From NCBI GenBank assembly GCA_964057225.1, contig OZ059896.1, forward strand, positions 12,896,001 to 12,960,000: a stretch of 64,000 nucleotides of DNA. Reading direction: 5' to 3'. The translations under genes and the position numbers were made by a program. Below are positions 42,901 through 56,400 of the stretch, in pieces (the first letter of the stretch is position 1; each line of letters starts with the position of its first letter). Below the pieces are notes generated by a model. That model saw only the letters and a program-made list of their open reading frames with translations. It made no database searches and was not told the origin of the DNA. Origin of the DNA: Auanema rhodensis. Lineage: Eukaryota > Animalia > Nematoda.

Positions 42901-44226
42901 AAATTAAAGTTTACGTTAATTTCAAAGTCATATTACCATGCACCAATATCAATAAAACTTTGTTCTCAGACTAATATGGACATGGGTAATCTAATTTTGA
43001 AAACCGCATTTCTTTATCTTTCACGGGAAGCGAGTTACATACCATGTGCACATCACGTGTACAATTAATTAGCATAAATTAAAGTTCACGTAAAGTTCAA
43101 AGTCATGGTTACCATGTAACAATAAAAATTTGTTATTAGACTAATATAAACATAAGGAATCTAATTTTGAAAATCGCATCTCTTTATCTTTAACGGGAAG
43201 CGAGTTACATACCATGTGCACATCACGTGTACAATTAATTAGCATAAATTAAAGTTCACGTAAAGTTCAAAGTCATGGTTACCATGCACCAATATCAATA
43301 AAATTTTGTCCTTAGACTAATATGGACATGGGTAATCTAATTTTGAAAACCGCATTTCTTTATCTTTCACGGGAAGCGAGTTACATACCATGTGCACATC
43401 ACGTGTACAATTAATTAGCATAAATTAAAGTTCACGTAAAATTCAAAGTCATGGTTACCATGCACCAATATCAATAAAAATTTCTTATTAGGCTAAAATG
43501 GACATGAGGAATCTAATTTTGAAAACCGCATTTCTTTATCTTTCACGGGAAGCGAGTTACATACCATGTGCACATCACGTGTACAATTAATTAGCATAAA
43601 TTAAAGTTCACGTAAAATTCAAAGTCATGGTTACCATGCACCAATATCAATAAAAATTTGTTCTTAGACTAATATGGACATGGGTAATCTAATTTTGAAA
43701 ACCGCATCTCTTTATCTTTAACGGGAAGCGAGTTACATACCATGTGCACATCACGTGTACAATTAATTAGCATAAATTAAAGTTCACGTTAATTTCAAAG
43801 TCATGGTTACCATGCACCAATATCAATAAAAATTTGTTCTTAGATTAATATGGACATGGGTAATCTAATTTTGAAAACCGCATTTCTTTATCTTTCACGG
43901 GAAGCGAGTTACATACCATGTGCACATCACGTGTACAATTAATTAGCATAAATTAAAGTTCACGTAAATTTCAAAGTCATGGTTACCATTCACCAATATC
44001 AATAAAAATTTGTTTTTAGACTAATATGGACATGGGTAATCTAATTTTGAAAACCGCATCTCTTTATCTTTAACGGGAAGCGAGTTACATACCATGTGCA
44101 CATCACGTGTACAATTAATTAGCATAAATTAAAGTTCACGTTAATTTCAAAGTCATGGTTACCATGCACCAATATCAATAAAAATTTGTTCTTAGATTAA
44201 TATGGACATGGGTAATCTAATTTTGA

Positions 44227-44277
44227 AAATCGCATTTCTTTATTATTCCATTTTCTTTATCTTTAACGGGTTACATA
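44227..44277 (+). other. Complex indel scar: 17-bp insertion (9-bp direct duplication plus 8-bp filler) and a 7-bp deletion, giving a 186-bp monomer
   Basis: Reads CGCA-TTTCTTTAT-TATTCCAT-TTTCTTTAT-CTTTAACGGG-[AAGCGAG missing]-TTACATA. This is the only non-consensus insertion I saw in the window. Confidence 0.9.
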
Positions 44278-44399
44278 CCATGTGCACATCACGTGTACAA
44301 TTAATTAGCATAAATTAAAGTTCACGTAAAGTTCAAAGTCATGGTTACCATGCACCAATATCAATAAAATTTTGTCCTTAGACTAATATGGACATGGGT

Positions 44400-46260
44400 A
44401 ATCTAATTTTGAAAACCGCATTTCTTTATCTTTCACGGGAAGCGAGTTACATACCATGTGCACATCACGTGTACAATTAATTAGCATAAATTAAAGTTCA
44501 CGTAAAATTCAAAGTCATGGTTACCATGCACCAATATCAATAAAAATTTCTTATTAGGCTAAAATGGACCTGAGGAATCTAATTTTGAAAACCGCATTTC
44601 TTTATCTTTCACGGGAAGCGAGTTACATATCATGTGCACATCACGTGTACAATTAATTAGCATAAATTAAAGTTCACGTAAAATTCAAAGTCATGGTTAC
44701 CATGCACCAATATCAATAAAAATTTGTTCTTAGACTAATATGGACATGGGTAATCTAATTTTGAAAACCGCATCTCTTTATCTTTAACGGGAAGCGAGTT
44801 ACATACCATGTGCACATCACGTGTACAATTAATTAGCATAAATTAAAGTTCACGTAAACTTCAAAGTCATGGTTACCATGCACCAATATCAATAAAAATT
44901 TCTTATTAGGCTAAAATGGACATGAGGAATCTAATTTTGAGAACCGCATTTCTTTATCTTTCACGGGAAGCGAGTTACATACCATGTGCACATCACGTGT
45001 ACAATTAATTAGCATAAATTAAAGTTCACGTAAATTTCAAAGTCATGGTGACCATGCACCAATATCAATAAAATTTTGTTTTTAGACTAATATGGACATG
45101 GGTAATCTAATTTTGAAAACCGCATCTCTTTATCTTTAACGGGAAGCGAGTTACATACCATGTGCACATCACGTGTACAATTAATTAGCATAAATTGAAG
45201 TTCACGTTAATTTCAAAGTCATGGTTACCATGCACCAATATCAATAAAAATTTGTTCTTAGATTAATATGGACATGGGTAATCTAATTTTGAAAACCGCA
45301 TTTCTTTATCTTTCACGGGAAGCGAGTTACATACCATGTGCACATCACGTGTACAATTAATTAGCATAAATTAAAGTTCACGTAAAATTCAAAGTCATGG
45401 TTACCATGCACCAATATCAATAAAAATTTCTTATTAGGCTAAAATGGACCTGAGGAATCTAATTTTGAAAACCGCATTTCTTTATCTTTCACGGGAAGCG
45501 AGTTACATACCATGTGCACATCACGTGTACAATTAATTAGCATAAATTAAAGTTCACGTAAAATTCAAAGTCATGGTTACCATGCACCAATATCAATAAA
45601 AATTTGTTCTTAGACTAATATGGACATGGGTAATCTAATTTTGAAAACCGCATCTCTTTATCTTTAACGGGAAGCGAGTTACATACCATGTGCACATCAC
45701 GTGTACAATTAATTAGCATAAATTAAAGTTCACGTAAACTTCAAAGTCATGGTTACCATGCACCAATATCAATAAAAATTTCTTATTAGGCTAAAATGGA
45801 CATGAGGAATCTAATTTTGAGAACCGCATTTCTTTATCTTTCACGGGAAGCGAGTTACATACCATGTGCACATCACGTGTACAATTAATTAGCATAAATT
45901 AAAGTTCACGTAAATTTCAAAGTCATGGTGACCATGCACCAATATCAATAAAATTTTGTTTTTAGACTAATATGGACATGGGTAATCTAATTTTGAAAAC
46001 CGCATCTCTTTATCTTTAACGGGAAGCGAGTTACATACCATGTGCACATCACGTGTACAATTAATTAGCATAAATTGAAGTTCACGTTAATTTCAAAGTC
46101 ATGGTTACCATGCACCAATATCAATAAAAATTTGTTCTTAGATTAATATGGACATGGGTAATCTAATTTTGAAAACCGCATTTCTTTATCTTTCACGGGA
46201 AGCGAGTTACATACCATGTGCACATCACGTGTACAATTAATTAGCATAAATTAAAGTTCA
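44400..46260 (+). repeat. 5-monomer tandem duplication, 880-bp period
   Basis: Three private SNPs, each present exactly twice 880 bp apart: AAAATGGACC at 44561/45441, AGTCATGGTG at 45041/45921, TAAATTGAAG at 45191/46071. Confidence 0.93.
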
Positions 46261-49200
46261 CGTTAATTTCAAAGTCATGGTTACCATGCACCAATATCAA
46301 TAAAAATTTGTTCTTAGATTAATATGGACATGGGTAATCTAATTTTGAGAACCGCATTTCTTTATCTTTCACGGGAAGCGAGTTACATACCATGTGCACA
46401 TCACGTGTACAATTAATTAGCATAAATTAAAGTTCACGTAAAGTTCAAAGTCATGGTTACCATGTATCAATAAAAATTTGTTATTAGACTAATATAGACA
46501 TGAGGAATCTAATTTTGAAAATCGCATCTCTTAATCTTTAACGGGAAGCGAGTTACATACCATGTGCACATCACGTGTACAATTAATTAGCATAAATTAA
46601 AGTTCACGTAAAGTTCAAAGTCATGGTTACCATGCACCAATATCAATAAAAATTTCTTATTAGGCTAAAATGGACATGAGGAATCTAATTTTGAGAACCT
46701 CATTTCTTTATCTTTCACGGGAAGCGAGTTACATACCATGTGCACATCACGTGTACAATTAATTAGCATAAATTAAAGTTCACGTAAATTTCAAAGTCAT
46801 GGTTACCATTCACCAATATCAATAAAAATTTGTTTTTAGACTAATATGGACATGGGTAATCTAATTTTGAAAACCGCATTTCTTTATCTTTCACGGGAAG
46901 CGAGTTATATACCATGTGCACATTACGTGTACATTCAATTAGCATAAATTAAAGTTCACGTAAATTTCAAAGTTATGATTACCATGAACCAATTTCGATT
47001 AAAATTTGTTCTTAGATTAATATGGACATGGGTAATCTAATTTTGAGAACCGCATTTCTTTATCTTTCACGGGAAGCGAGTTACATACCATGTGCACATC
47101 ACGTGTACAATTATTTAGCATAAATTAAAGTTCACGTAAAATTAAAAGTCATGGTTACCATGCACCAATATCAATAAAAATTTCTTATTAGGCTAAAATG
47201 GACATGAGGAATCTAATTTTGAGAACCGCATTTCTTTATCTTTCACGGGAAGCGAGTTACATACCATGTGCACATCACGTGTACAATTAATTAGCATAAA
47301 TTAAAGTTCACGTAAATTTCAAAGTCATGGTTACCATTCACCAATATCAATAAAAATTTGTTTTTAGACTAATATGGACATGGGTAATCTAATTTTGAAA
47401 ACCGCATCTCTTTATCTTTAACGGGAAGCGAGTTACATACCATGTGCACATCACGTGTACAATTAATTAGCATAAATTAAAGTTCACGTTAATTTCAAAG
47501 TCATGGTTACCATGCACCAATATCAATAAAAATTTGTTCTTAGATTAACATGGACATGGGTAATCTAATTTTGAAAACCGCATTTCTTTATCTTTCACGG
47601 GAAGCGAGTTACATACCATGTGCACATCACGTGTACAATTAATTAGCATAAATTAAAGTTCACGTTAATTTCAAAGTCATGGTTACCATGCACCAATATC
47701 AATAAAAATTTGTTCTTAGATTAATATGGACATGGGTAATCTAATTTTGAGAACCGCATTTCTTTATCTTTCACGGGAAGCGAGTTACATACCATGTGCA
47801 CATCACGTGTACAATTAATTAGCATAAATTAAAGTTCACGTAAATTTCAAAGTCATGGTTACCATGTATCAATAAAAATTTGTTATTAGACTAATATAGA
47901 CATGAGGAATCTAACTTTGAAAATCGCATCTCTTTATCTTTAACGGGAAGCGAGTTACATACGATGTGCACATCACGTGTACAATTAATTAGCATAAATT
48001 AAAGTTCACGTTAATTTCAAAGTCATGGTTACCATGCACCAATATCAATAAAATTTTGTTCTTAGACTAATATGGACATGGGTAATCTAATTTTGAAAAC
48101 CGCATTTCTTTATCTTTCACGGGAAGCGAGTTACATACCATGTGCACATCACGTGTACAATTAATTAGCATAAATTAAAGTTTACGTTAATTTCAAAGTC
48201 ATATTACCATGCACCAATATCAATAAAACTTTGTTCTCAGACTAATATGGACATGGGTAATCTAATTTTGAAAACCGCATTTCTTTATCTTTCACGGGAA
48301 GCGAGTTACATACCATGTGCACATCACGTGTACAATTAATTAGCATAAATTAAAGTTCACGTAAAATTCAAAGTCATGGTTACCATGCACCAATATCAAT
48401 AAAAATTTCTTATTAGGCTAAAATGGACATGAGGAATCTAATTTTGAAAACCGCATTTCTTTATCTTTCACGGGAAGCGAGTTACATACCATGTGCACAT
48501 CACGTGTACAATTAATTAGCATAAATTAAAGTTCACGTAAAGTTCAAAGTCATGGTTATCATGTATCAATAAAAATTTGTTATTAGACTAATATAGACAT
48601 GAGGAATCTAATTTCGAAAATCGCATCTCTTTATCTTTAACGGGAAGCGAGTTACATACCATGTGCACATCACGTGTACAATTAATTAGCATAAATTAAA
48701 GTTCACGTAAACTTCAAAGTCCTGGTTACCATGCACCAATATCAATAAAACTTTGTTCTCAGACTAATATGGACATGGGTAATCTAATTTTGAGAACCGC
48801 ATTTCTTTATTTTTCACGGGAAGCGAGTTACATACCATGTGCACATCACGTGTACAATTAATTAGCATAAATTAAAGTTCACGTAAAGTTCAAAGTCATG
48901 GTTACCATGTAACAATAAAAATTTGTTATTAGACTAATATAAACATAAGGAATCTAATTTTGAAAATCGCATCTCTTTATCTTTAACGGGAAGCGAGTTA
49001 CATACCATGTGCACATCACGTGTACAATTGATTAGCATAAATTAAAGTTCACGTAAAGTTCAAAGTCATGGTTACCATGCACCAATATCAATACAAATTT
49101 GTTTTTAGACTAATATGGACATGGGTAATCTAATTTTGAAAACCGCATCTCTTTATCTTTAACGGGAAGCGAGTTACATACCATGTGCACATCACGTGTA

Positions 49201-52200
49201 CAATTAATTAGCATAAATTAAAGTTCACGTTAATTTCAAAGTCATGGTTACCATGCACCAATATCAATAAAAATTTGTTCTTAGATTAATATGGACATGG
49301 GTAATCTAATTTTGAAAACCGCATTTCTTTATCTTTCACGGGAAGCGAGTTACATACCATGTGCACATCACGTGTACAATTAATTAGCATAAATTAAAGT
49401 TCACGTAAACTTCAAAGTCATGGTTACCATGCACCAATATCAATAAAAATTTCTTATTAGGCTAAAATGGACATGAGGAATCTAATTTTGAGAACCGCAT
49501 TTCTTTATCTTTCACGGGAAGCGAGTTACATACCATGTGCACATCACGTGTACAATTAATTAGCATAAATTAAAGTTCACGTAAATTTCAAAGTCATGGT
49601 TACCATGCACCAATATCAATAAAATTTTGTTTTTAGACTAATATGGACATGGGTAATCTAATTTTGAAAACCGCATCTCTTTATCTTTAACGGGAAGCGA
49701 GTTACATACCATGTGCACAACACGTGTACAATTAATTAGCATAAATTAAAGTTCACGTTAATTTCAAAGTCATGGTTACCATGCACCAATATCAATAAAA
49801 ATTTGTTCTTAGATTAATATGGACATGGGTAATCTAATTTTGAGAACCGCATTTCTTTATCTTTCACGGGAAGCGAGTTACATACCATGTGCACATCACG
49901 TGTACAATTAATTAGCATAAATTAAAGTTCACGTAAATTTCAAAGTCATGGTTACCATGTATCAATAAAAATTTGTTATTAGACTAATATAGACATGAGG
50001 AATCTAACTTTGAAAATCGCATCTCTTTATCTTTAACGGGAAGCGAGTTACATACGATGTGCACATCACGTGTACAATTAATTAGCATAAATTAAAGTTC
50101 ACGTTAATTTCAAAGTCATGGTTACCATGCACCAATATCAATAAAATTTTGTTCTTAGACTAATATGGACATGGGTAATCTAATTTTGAAAACCGCATTT
50201 CTTTATCTTTCACGGGAAGCGAGTTACATACCATGTGCACATCACGTGTACAATTAATTAGCATAAATTAAAGTTTACGTTAATTTCAAAGTCATATTAC
50301 CATGCACCAATATCAATAAAACTTTGTTCTCAGACTAATATGGACATGGGTAATCTAATTTTGAAAACCGCATTTCTTTATCTTTCACGGGAAGCGAGTT
50401 ACATACCATGTGCACATCACGTGTACAATTAATTAGCATAAATTAAAGTTCACGTAAAGTTCAAAGTCATGGTTATCATGTATCAATAAAAATTTGTTAT
50501 TAGACTAATATAGACATGAGGAATCTAATTTCGAAAATCGCATCTCTTTATCTTTAACGGGAAGCGAGTTACATACCATGTGCACATCACGTGTACAATT
50601 AATTAGCATAAATTAAAGTTCACGTAAACTTCAAAGTCCTGGTTACCATGCACCAATATCAATAAAACTTTGTTCTCAGACTAATATGGACATGGGTAAT
50701 CTAATTTTGAGAACCGCATTTCTTTATTTTTCACAGGAAGCGAGTTACATACCATGTGCACATCACGTGTACAATTAATTAGCATAAATTAAAGTTCACG
50801 TAAAATTCAAAGTCATGGTTACCATGCACCAATATCAATAAAAATTTCTTATTAGGCTAAAATGGACATGAGGAATCTAATTTTGAAAACCGCATTTCTT
50901 TATCTTTCACGGGAAGCGAGTTAAATACCATGTGCACATCACGTGTACAATTAATTAGCATAAATTAAAGTTCACGTAAAATTCAAAGTCATGGTTACCA
51001 TGCACCAATATCAATAAAAATTTGTTCTTAGACTAATATGGACATGGGTAATCTAATTTTGAAAACCGCATCTCTTTATCTTTAACGGGAAGCGAGTTAC
51101 ATACCATGTGCACATCACGTGTACAATTAATTAGCATAAATTAAAGTTCACGTTAATTTCAAAGTCATGGTTACCATGCACCAATATCAATAAAAATTTG
51201 TTCTTAGATTAATATGGACATGGGTAATCTAATTTTGAAAACCGCATTTCTTTATCTTTCACGGGAAGCGAGTTACATACCATGTGCACATCACGTGTAC
51301 AATTAATTAGCATAAATTAAAGTTCACGTAAAATTCAAAGTCATGGTTACCATGCACCAATATCAATAAAAATTTGTTCTTAGACTAATATGGACATGGG
51401 TAATCTAATTTTGAAAACCGCATCTCTTTATCTTTAACGGGAAGCGAGTTACATACCATGTGCACATCACGTGTACAATTAATTAGCATAAATTAAAGTT
51501 CACGTTAATTTCAAAGTCATGGTTACCATGCACCAATATCAATAAAAATTTGTTCTTAGATTAATATGGACATGGGTAATCTAATTTTGAAAACCGCATT
51601 TCTTTATCTTTCACGGGAAGCGAGTTACATACCATGTGCACATCACGTGTACAATTAATTAGCATAAATTAAAGTTCACGTAAACTTCAAAGTCATGGTT
51701 ACCATGCACCAATATCAATAAAAATTTCTTATTAGGCTAAAATGGACATGAGGAATCTAATTTTGAGAACCGCATTTCTTTATCTTTCACGGGAAGCGAG
51801 TTACATACCATGTGCACATCACGTGTACAATTAATTAGCATAAATTAAAGTTCACGTAATTTTCAAAGTCATGGTTACCATGCACCAATATCAATAAAAT
51901 TTTGTTTTTAGACTAATATGGACATGGGTAATCTAATTTTGAAAACCGCATCTCTTTATCTTTAACGGGAAGCGAGTTACATACCATGTACACATCACGT
52001 GTACAATTAATTAGCATAAATTAAAGTTCACGTTAATTTCAAAGTCATGGTTACCATGCACCAATATCAATAAAAATTTGTTCTTAGATTAATATGGACA
52101 TGGGTAATCTAATTTTGAAAACCGCATTTCTTTATCTTTCACGGGAAGCGAGTTACATACCATGTGCACATCACGTGTACAATTAATTAGCATAAATTAA

Positions 52201-53499
52201 AGTTCACGTTAATTTCAAAGTCATGGTTACCATGCACCAATATCAATAAAAATTTGTTCTTAGATTAATATGGACATGGGTAATCTAATTTTGAGAACCG
52301 CATTTCTTTATCTTTCACGGGAAGCGAGTTACATACCATGTGCACATCACGTGTACAATTAATTAGCATAAATTAAAGTTCACGTAAAGTTCAAAGTCAT
52401 GGTTACCATGTATCAATAAAAATTTGTTATTAGACTAATATAGACATGAGGAATCTAATTTTGAAAATCGCATCTCTTAATCTTTAACGGGAAGCGAGTT
52501 ACATACCATGTGCACATCACGTGTACAATTAATTAGCATAAATTAAAGTTCACGTAAAGTTCAAAGTCATGGTTACCATGCACCAATATCAATAAAAATT
52601 TCTTATTAGGCTAAAATGGACATGAGGAATCTAATTTTGAGAACCGCATTTCTTTATCTTTCACGGGAAGCGAGTTACATACCATGTGCACATCACGTGT
52701 ACAATTAATTAGCATAAATTAAAGTTCACGTAAATTTCAAAGTCATGGTTACCATTCACCAATATCAATAAAAATTTGTTTTTAGACTAATATGGACATG
52801 GGTAATCTAATTTTGAAAACCGCATCTCTTTATCTTTAACGGGAAGCGAGTTACATACCATGTGCACATCACGTGTACAATTAATTAGCATAAATTAAAG
52901 TTCACGTTAATTTCAAAGTCATGGTTACCATGCACCAATATCAATAAAAATTTGTTCTTAGATTAATATGGACATGGGTAATCTAATTTTGAGAACCGCA
53001 TTTCTTTATCTTTCACGGGAAGCGAGTTACATACCATGTGCACATCACGTGTACAATTATTTAGCATAAATTAAAGTTCACGTAAAATTAAAAGTCATGG
53101 TTACCATGCACCAATATCAATAAAAATTTTTTATTAGGCTAAAATGGACATGAGGAATCTAATTTTGAGAACCGCATTTCTTTATCTTTCACGGGAAGCG
53201 AGTTACATACCATGTGCACATCACGTGTACAATTAATTAGCATAAATTAAAGTTCACGTAAATTTCAAAGTCATGGTTACCATTCACCAATATCAATAAA
53301 AATTTGTTTTTAGACTAATATGGACATGGGTAATCTAATTTTGAAAACCGCATCTCTTTATCTTTAACGGGAAGCGAGTTACATACCATGTGCACAACAC
53401 GTGTACAATTAATTAGCATAAATTAAAGTTCACGTAAAGTTCAAAGTCATGGTTACCATGCACCAATATCAATAAAATTTTGTTCTTAAACTAATATGG

Positions 53500-56400
53500 A
53501 CATGGGTAATCTAATTTTGAAAACCGCATTTCTTTATCTTTCACGGGAAGCGAGTTACATACCATGTGCACATCACGTGTACAATTAATTCGCATAAATT
53601 AAAGTTCACGTAAATTTCAAAGTCATGGTTACCATGCACCAATATGAATAAAAATTTGTTATTAGACTAAAATGGACATGAGGAATCTAATTTTGAGAAC
53701 CGCATTTTTTTATCTTTCACGGGAAGCGAGTTACATACCATGTGCACATTACGTGTACAATTAATTAGCATAAATTAAAGTTCACGTAAATTTCAAAGTT
53801 ATGATTACCATGAACCAATATCGATTAAAATTTGTTATTAGACTAATATGGACATGAGGAATCTAATTTTGAGAACCGCATTTTTTTATCTTTCACGGGA
53901 AGCGAGTTACATACCATGTGCACATTACGTGTACAATTAATTAGCAGAAATTAAAGTTCACGTAAATTTCAAAGTCATATTACCATGCACCAATATCAAT
54001 AAAACTTTGTTCTCACACTAATATGGACATGGGTAATCTAATTTTGAGAACCGCATTTCTTTATCTTTCACGGGAAGCGAGTTACATACCATGTGCACAT
54101 CACGTGTACAATTGATTAGCATAAATTAAAGTTCACGTAAAGTTCAAAGTCATGGTTACCATGTATCAATAAAAATTTGTTATTAGACTAATATAGACAT
54201 GAGGAATCTAATTTTGAAAATCGCATCTCTTTATCTTTAACGGGAAGCGAGTTACATATAATGTGCACATCACGTGTACAATTAATTAGCATAAATTAAA
54301 GTTCACGTAAAGTTCAAAGTCATGGTTACCATGCACCAATATCAATACAAAATTGTTCTTAGACTAATATGAACATGGGTAATCTAATTTTGAAAACCGC
54401 ATCTCTTTATCTTTAACGGGAAGCGAGTTACATATAATGTGCACATTACGTGTACAATTAATTAGCATAAATTAAAGTTCACGTAAATTTCAAAGTTATG
54501 ATTACCATGAACCAATATCGATTAAAATTTGTTATTAGACTAATATGGACATGAGGAATCTAATTTTGAGAACCGCATTTTTTTATCTTTCACGGGAAGC
54601 GAGTTACATACCATGTGCACATTACGTGTACAATTAATTAGCAGAAATTAAAGTTCACGTAAATTTCAAAGTCATATTACCATACACCAATATCAATAAA
54701 ACTTTGTTCTCAGACTACTATGGACATGGGTAATCTAATTTTGAGAACCGCATTTCTTTATCTTTCACGGGAAGCGAGTTACATACCATGTGCACATCAC
54801 GTGTACAATTGATTAGCATAAATTAAAGTTCACGTAAAGTTCAAAGTCATGGTTACCATGCACCAATATCAATACAAATTTGTTCTTAGACTAATATGAA
54901 CATGGGTAATCTAATTTTGAAAACCGCATCTCTTTATCTTTAACGGGGAGCGAGTTACATACCATGTGCACATCACGTGTACAATTAATTAGCATAAATC
55001 AAAGTTCACGTAAACTTCAAAGTCCTGGTTACCATGCACCAATATCAATAAAAATTTGTTCTTAGATTAATATGGACATGGGTAATCTAATTTTGAAAAC
55101 CGCATTTCTTTATCTTTCACGGGAAGCGAGTAACATACCATGTGCACATCACGTGTACAATTAATTAGCATAAATTAAAGTTCACGTTAATTTCAAAGTC
55201 ATGGTTACCATGTATCAATAAAAATTTGTTATTAGACTAATATAGACATGAGGAATCTAATTTTGAAAACCGCATCTCTTTATCTTTAACGGGAAGCGAG
55301 TTACATACCATGTGCACATCACGTGTACCATTAATTAGCATAAATTAAAGTTTACGTTAATTTCAAAGTCATGGTTACCATGCACCAATATCAATAAAAA
55401 TTTGTTCTAAGATTAATATGGACATGGGTCATCTAATTTTGAAAACTGCATTTCTTTATCTTTCACGGGAAGCGAGTTACATACCATGTGCACATCACGT
55501 GTACAATTGATTAGCATAAATTAAAGTTCACGTAAAGTTCAAAGTCATGGTTACCATGCACCAATATCAATACAAATTTGTTCTTAGACTAATATGAACA
55601 TGGGTAATCTAATTTTGAAAACCGCATCTCTTTATCGTTAACGGGGAGCGAGTTACATACCATGTGCACATCACGTGTACAATTAATTAGCATAAATCAA
55701 AGTTCACGTAAACTTCAAAGTCCTGGTTACCATGCACCAATATCAATAAAAATTTGTTCTTAGATTAATATGGACATGGGTAATCTAATTTTGAAAACCG
55801 CATTTCTTTATCTTTCACGGGAAGCGAGTAACATACCATGTGCACATCACGTGTACAATTAATTAGCATAAATTAAAGTTCACGTTAATTTCAAAGTCAT
55901 GGTTACCATGTATCAATAAAAATTTGTTATTAGACTAATATAGACATGAGGAATCTAATTTTGAAAACCGCATCTCTTTATCTTTAACGGGAAGCGAGTT
56001 ACATACCATGTGCACATCACGTGTACCATTAATTAGCATAAATTAAAGTTTACGTTAATTTCAAAGTCATGGTTACCATGCACCAATATCAATAAAAATT
56101 TGTTCTAAGATTAATATGGACATGGGTCATCTAATTTTGAAAACTGCATTTCTTTATCTTTCACGGGAAGCGAGTTACATACCATGTGCACATCACGTGT
56201 ACACTTAATTAGCATAAATTAAAGTTCACGTAAACTTCAAAGTCATGGTTACGATGCACCAATATCAATAAAATTTTGTTATTAGACTAATATGGACATG
56301 GGTAATCTTATTTTGAAAACCGCATCTCTTTATCTTTAACGGGGAGCGAGTTACATACCATGTGCACATCACGTGTACAATTAATTAGCATAAATCAAAG

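Larger units (their letters stand above)
16400..53450 (+). repeat. Sub-domain C: variant set TTTCTTATTAGGCTAAAATGG, GTAAAATTAAAAG, ACCATTCACC with TTGTTTTTAG; patchwork of short HORs with B-type blocks at 18.5-21.8 kb
   Basis: The TTAGGCT variant is first seen at about 16510 and never in 1-16.4 kb. It dominates to about 53.3 kb and again at 58-64 kb. Confidence 0.8.

Noticed and set aside
44235-44260. Intact mobile element at the 9-bp duplication
   Set aside because: Only 8 bp lie between the direct repeats, with no terminal inverted repeats or coding sequence. Kept only as a possible footprint.
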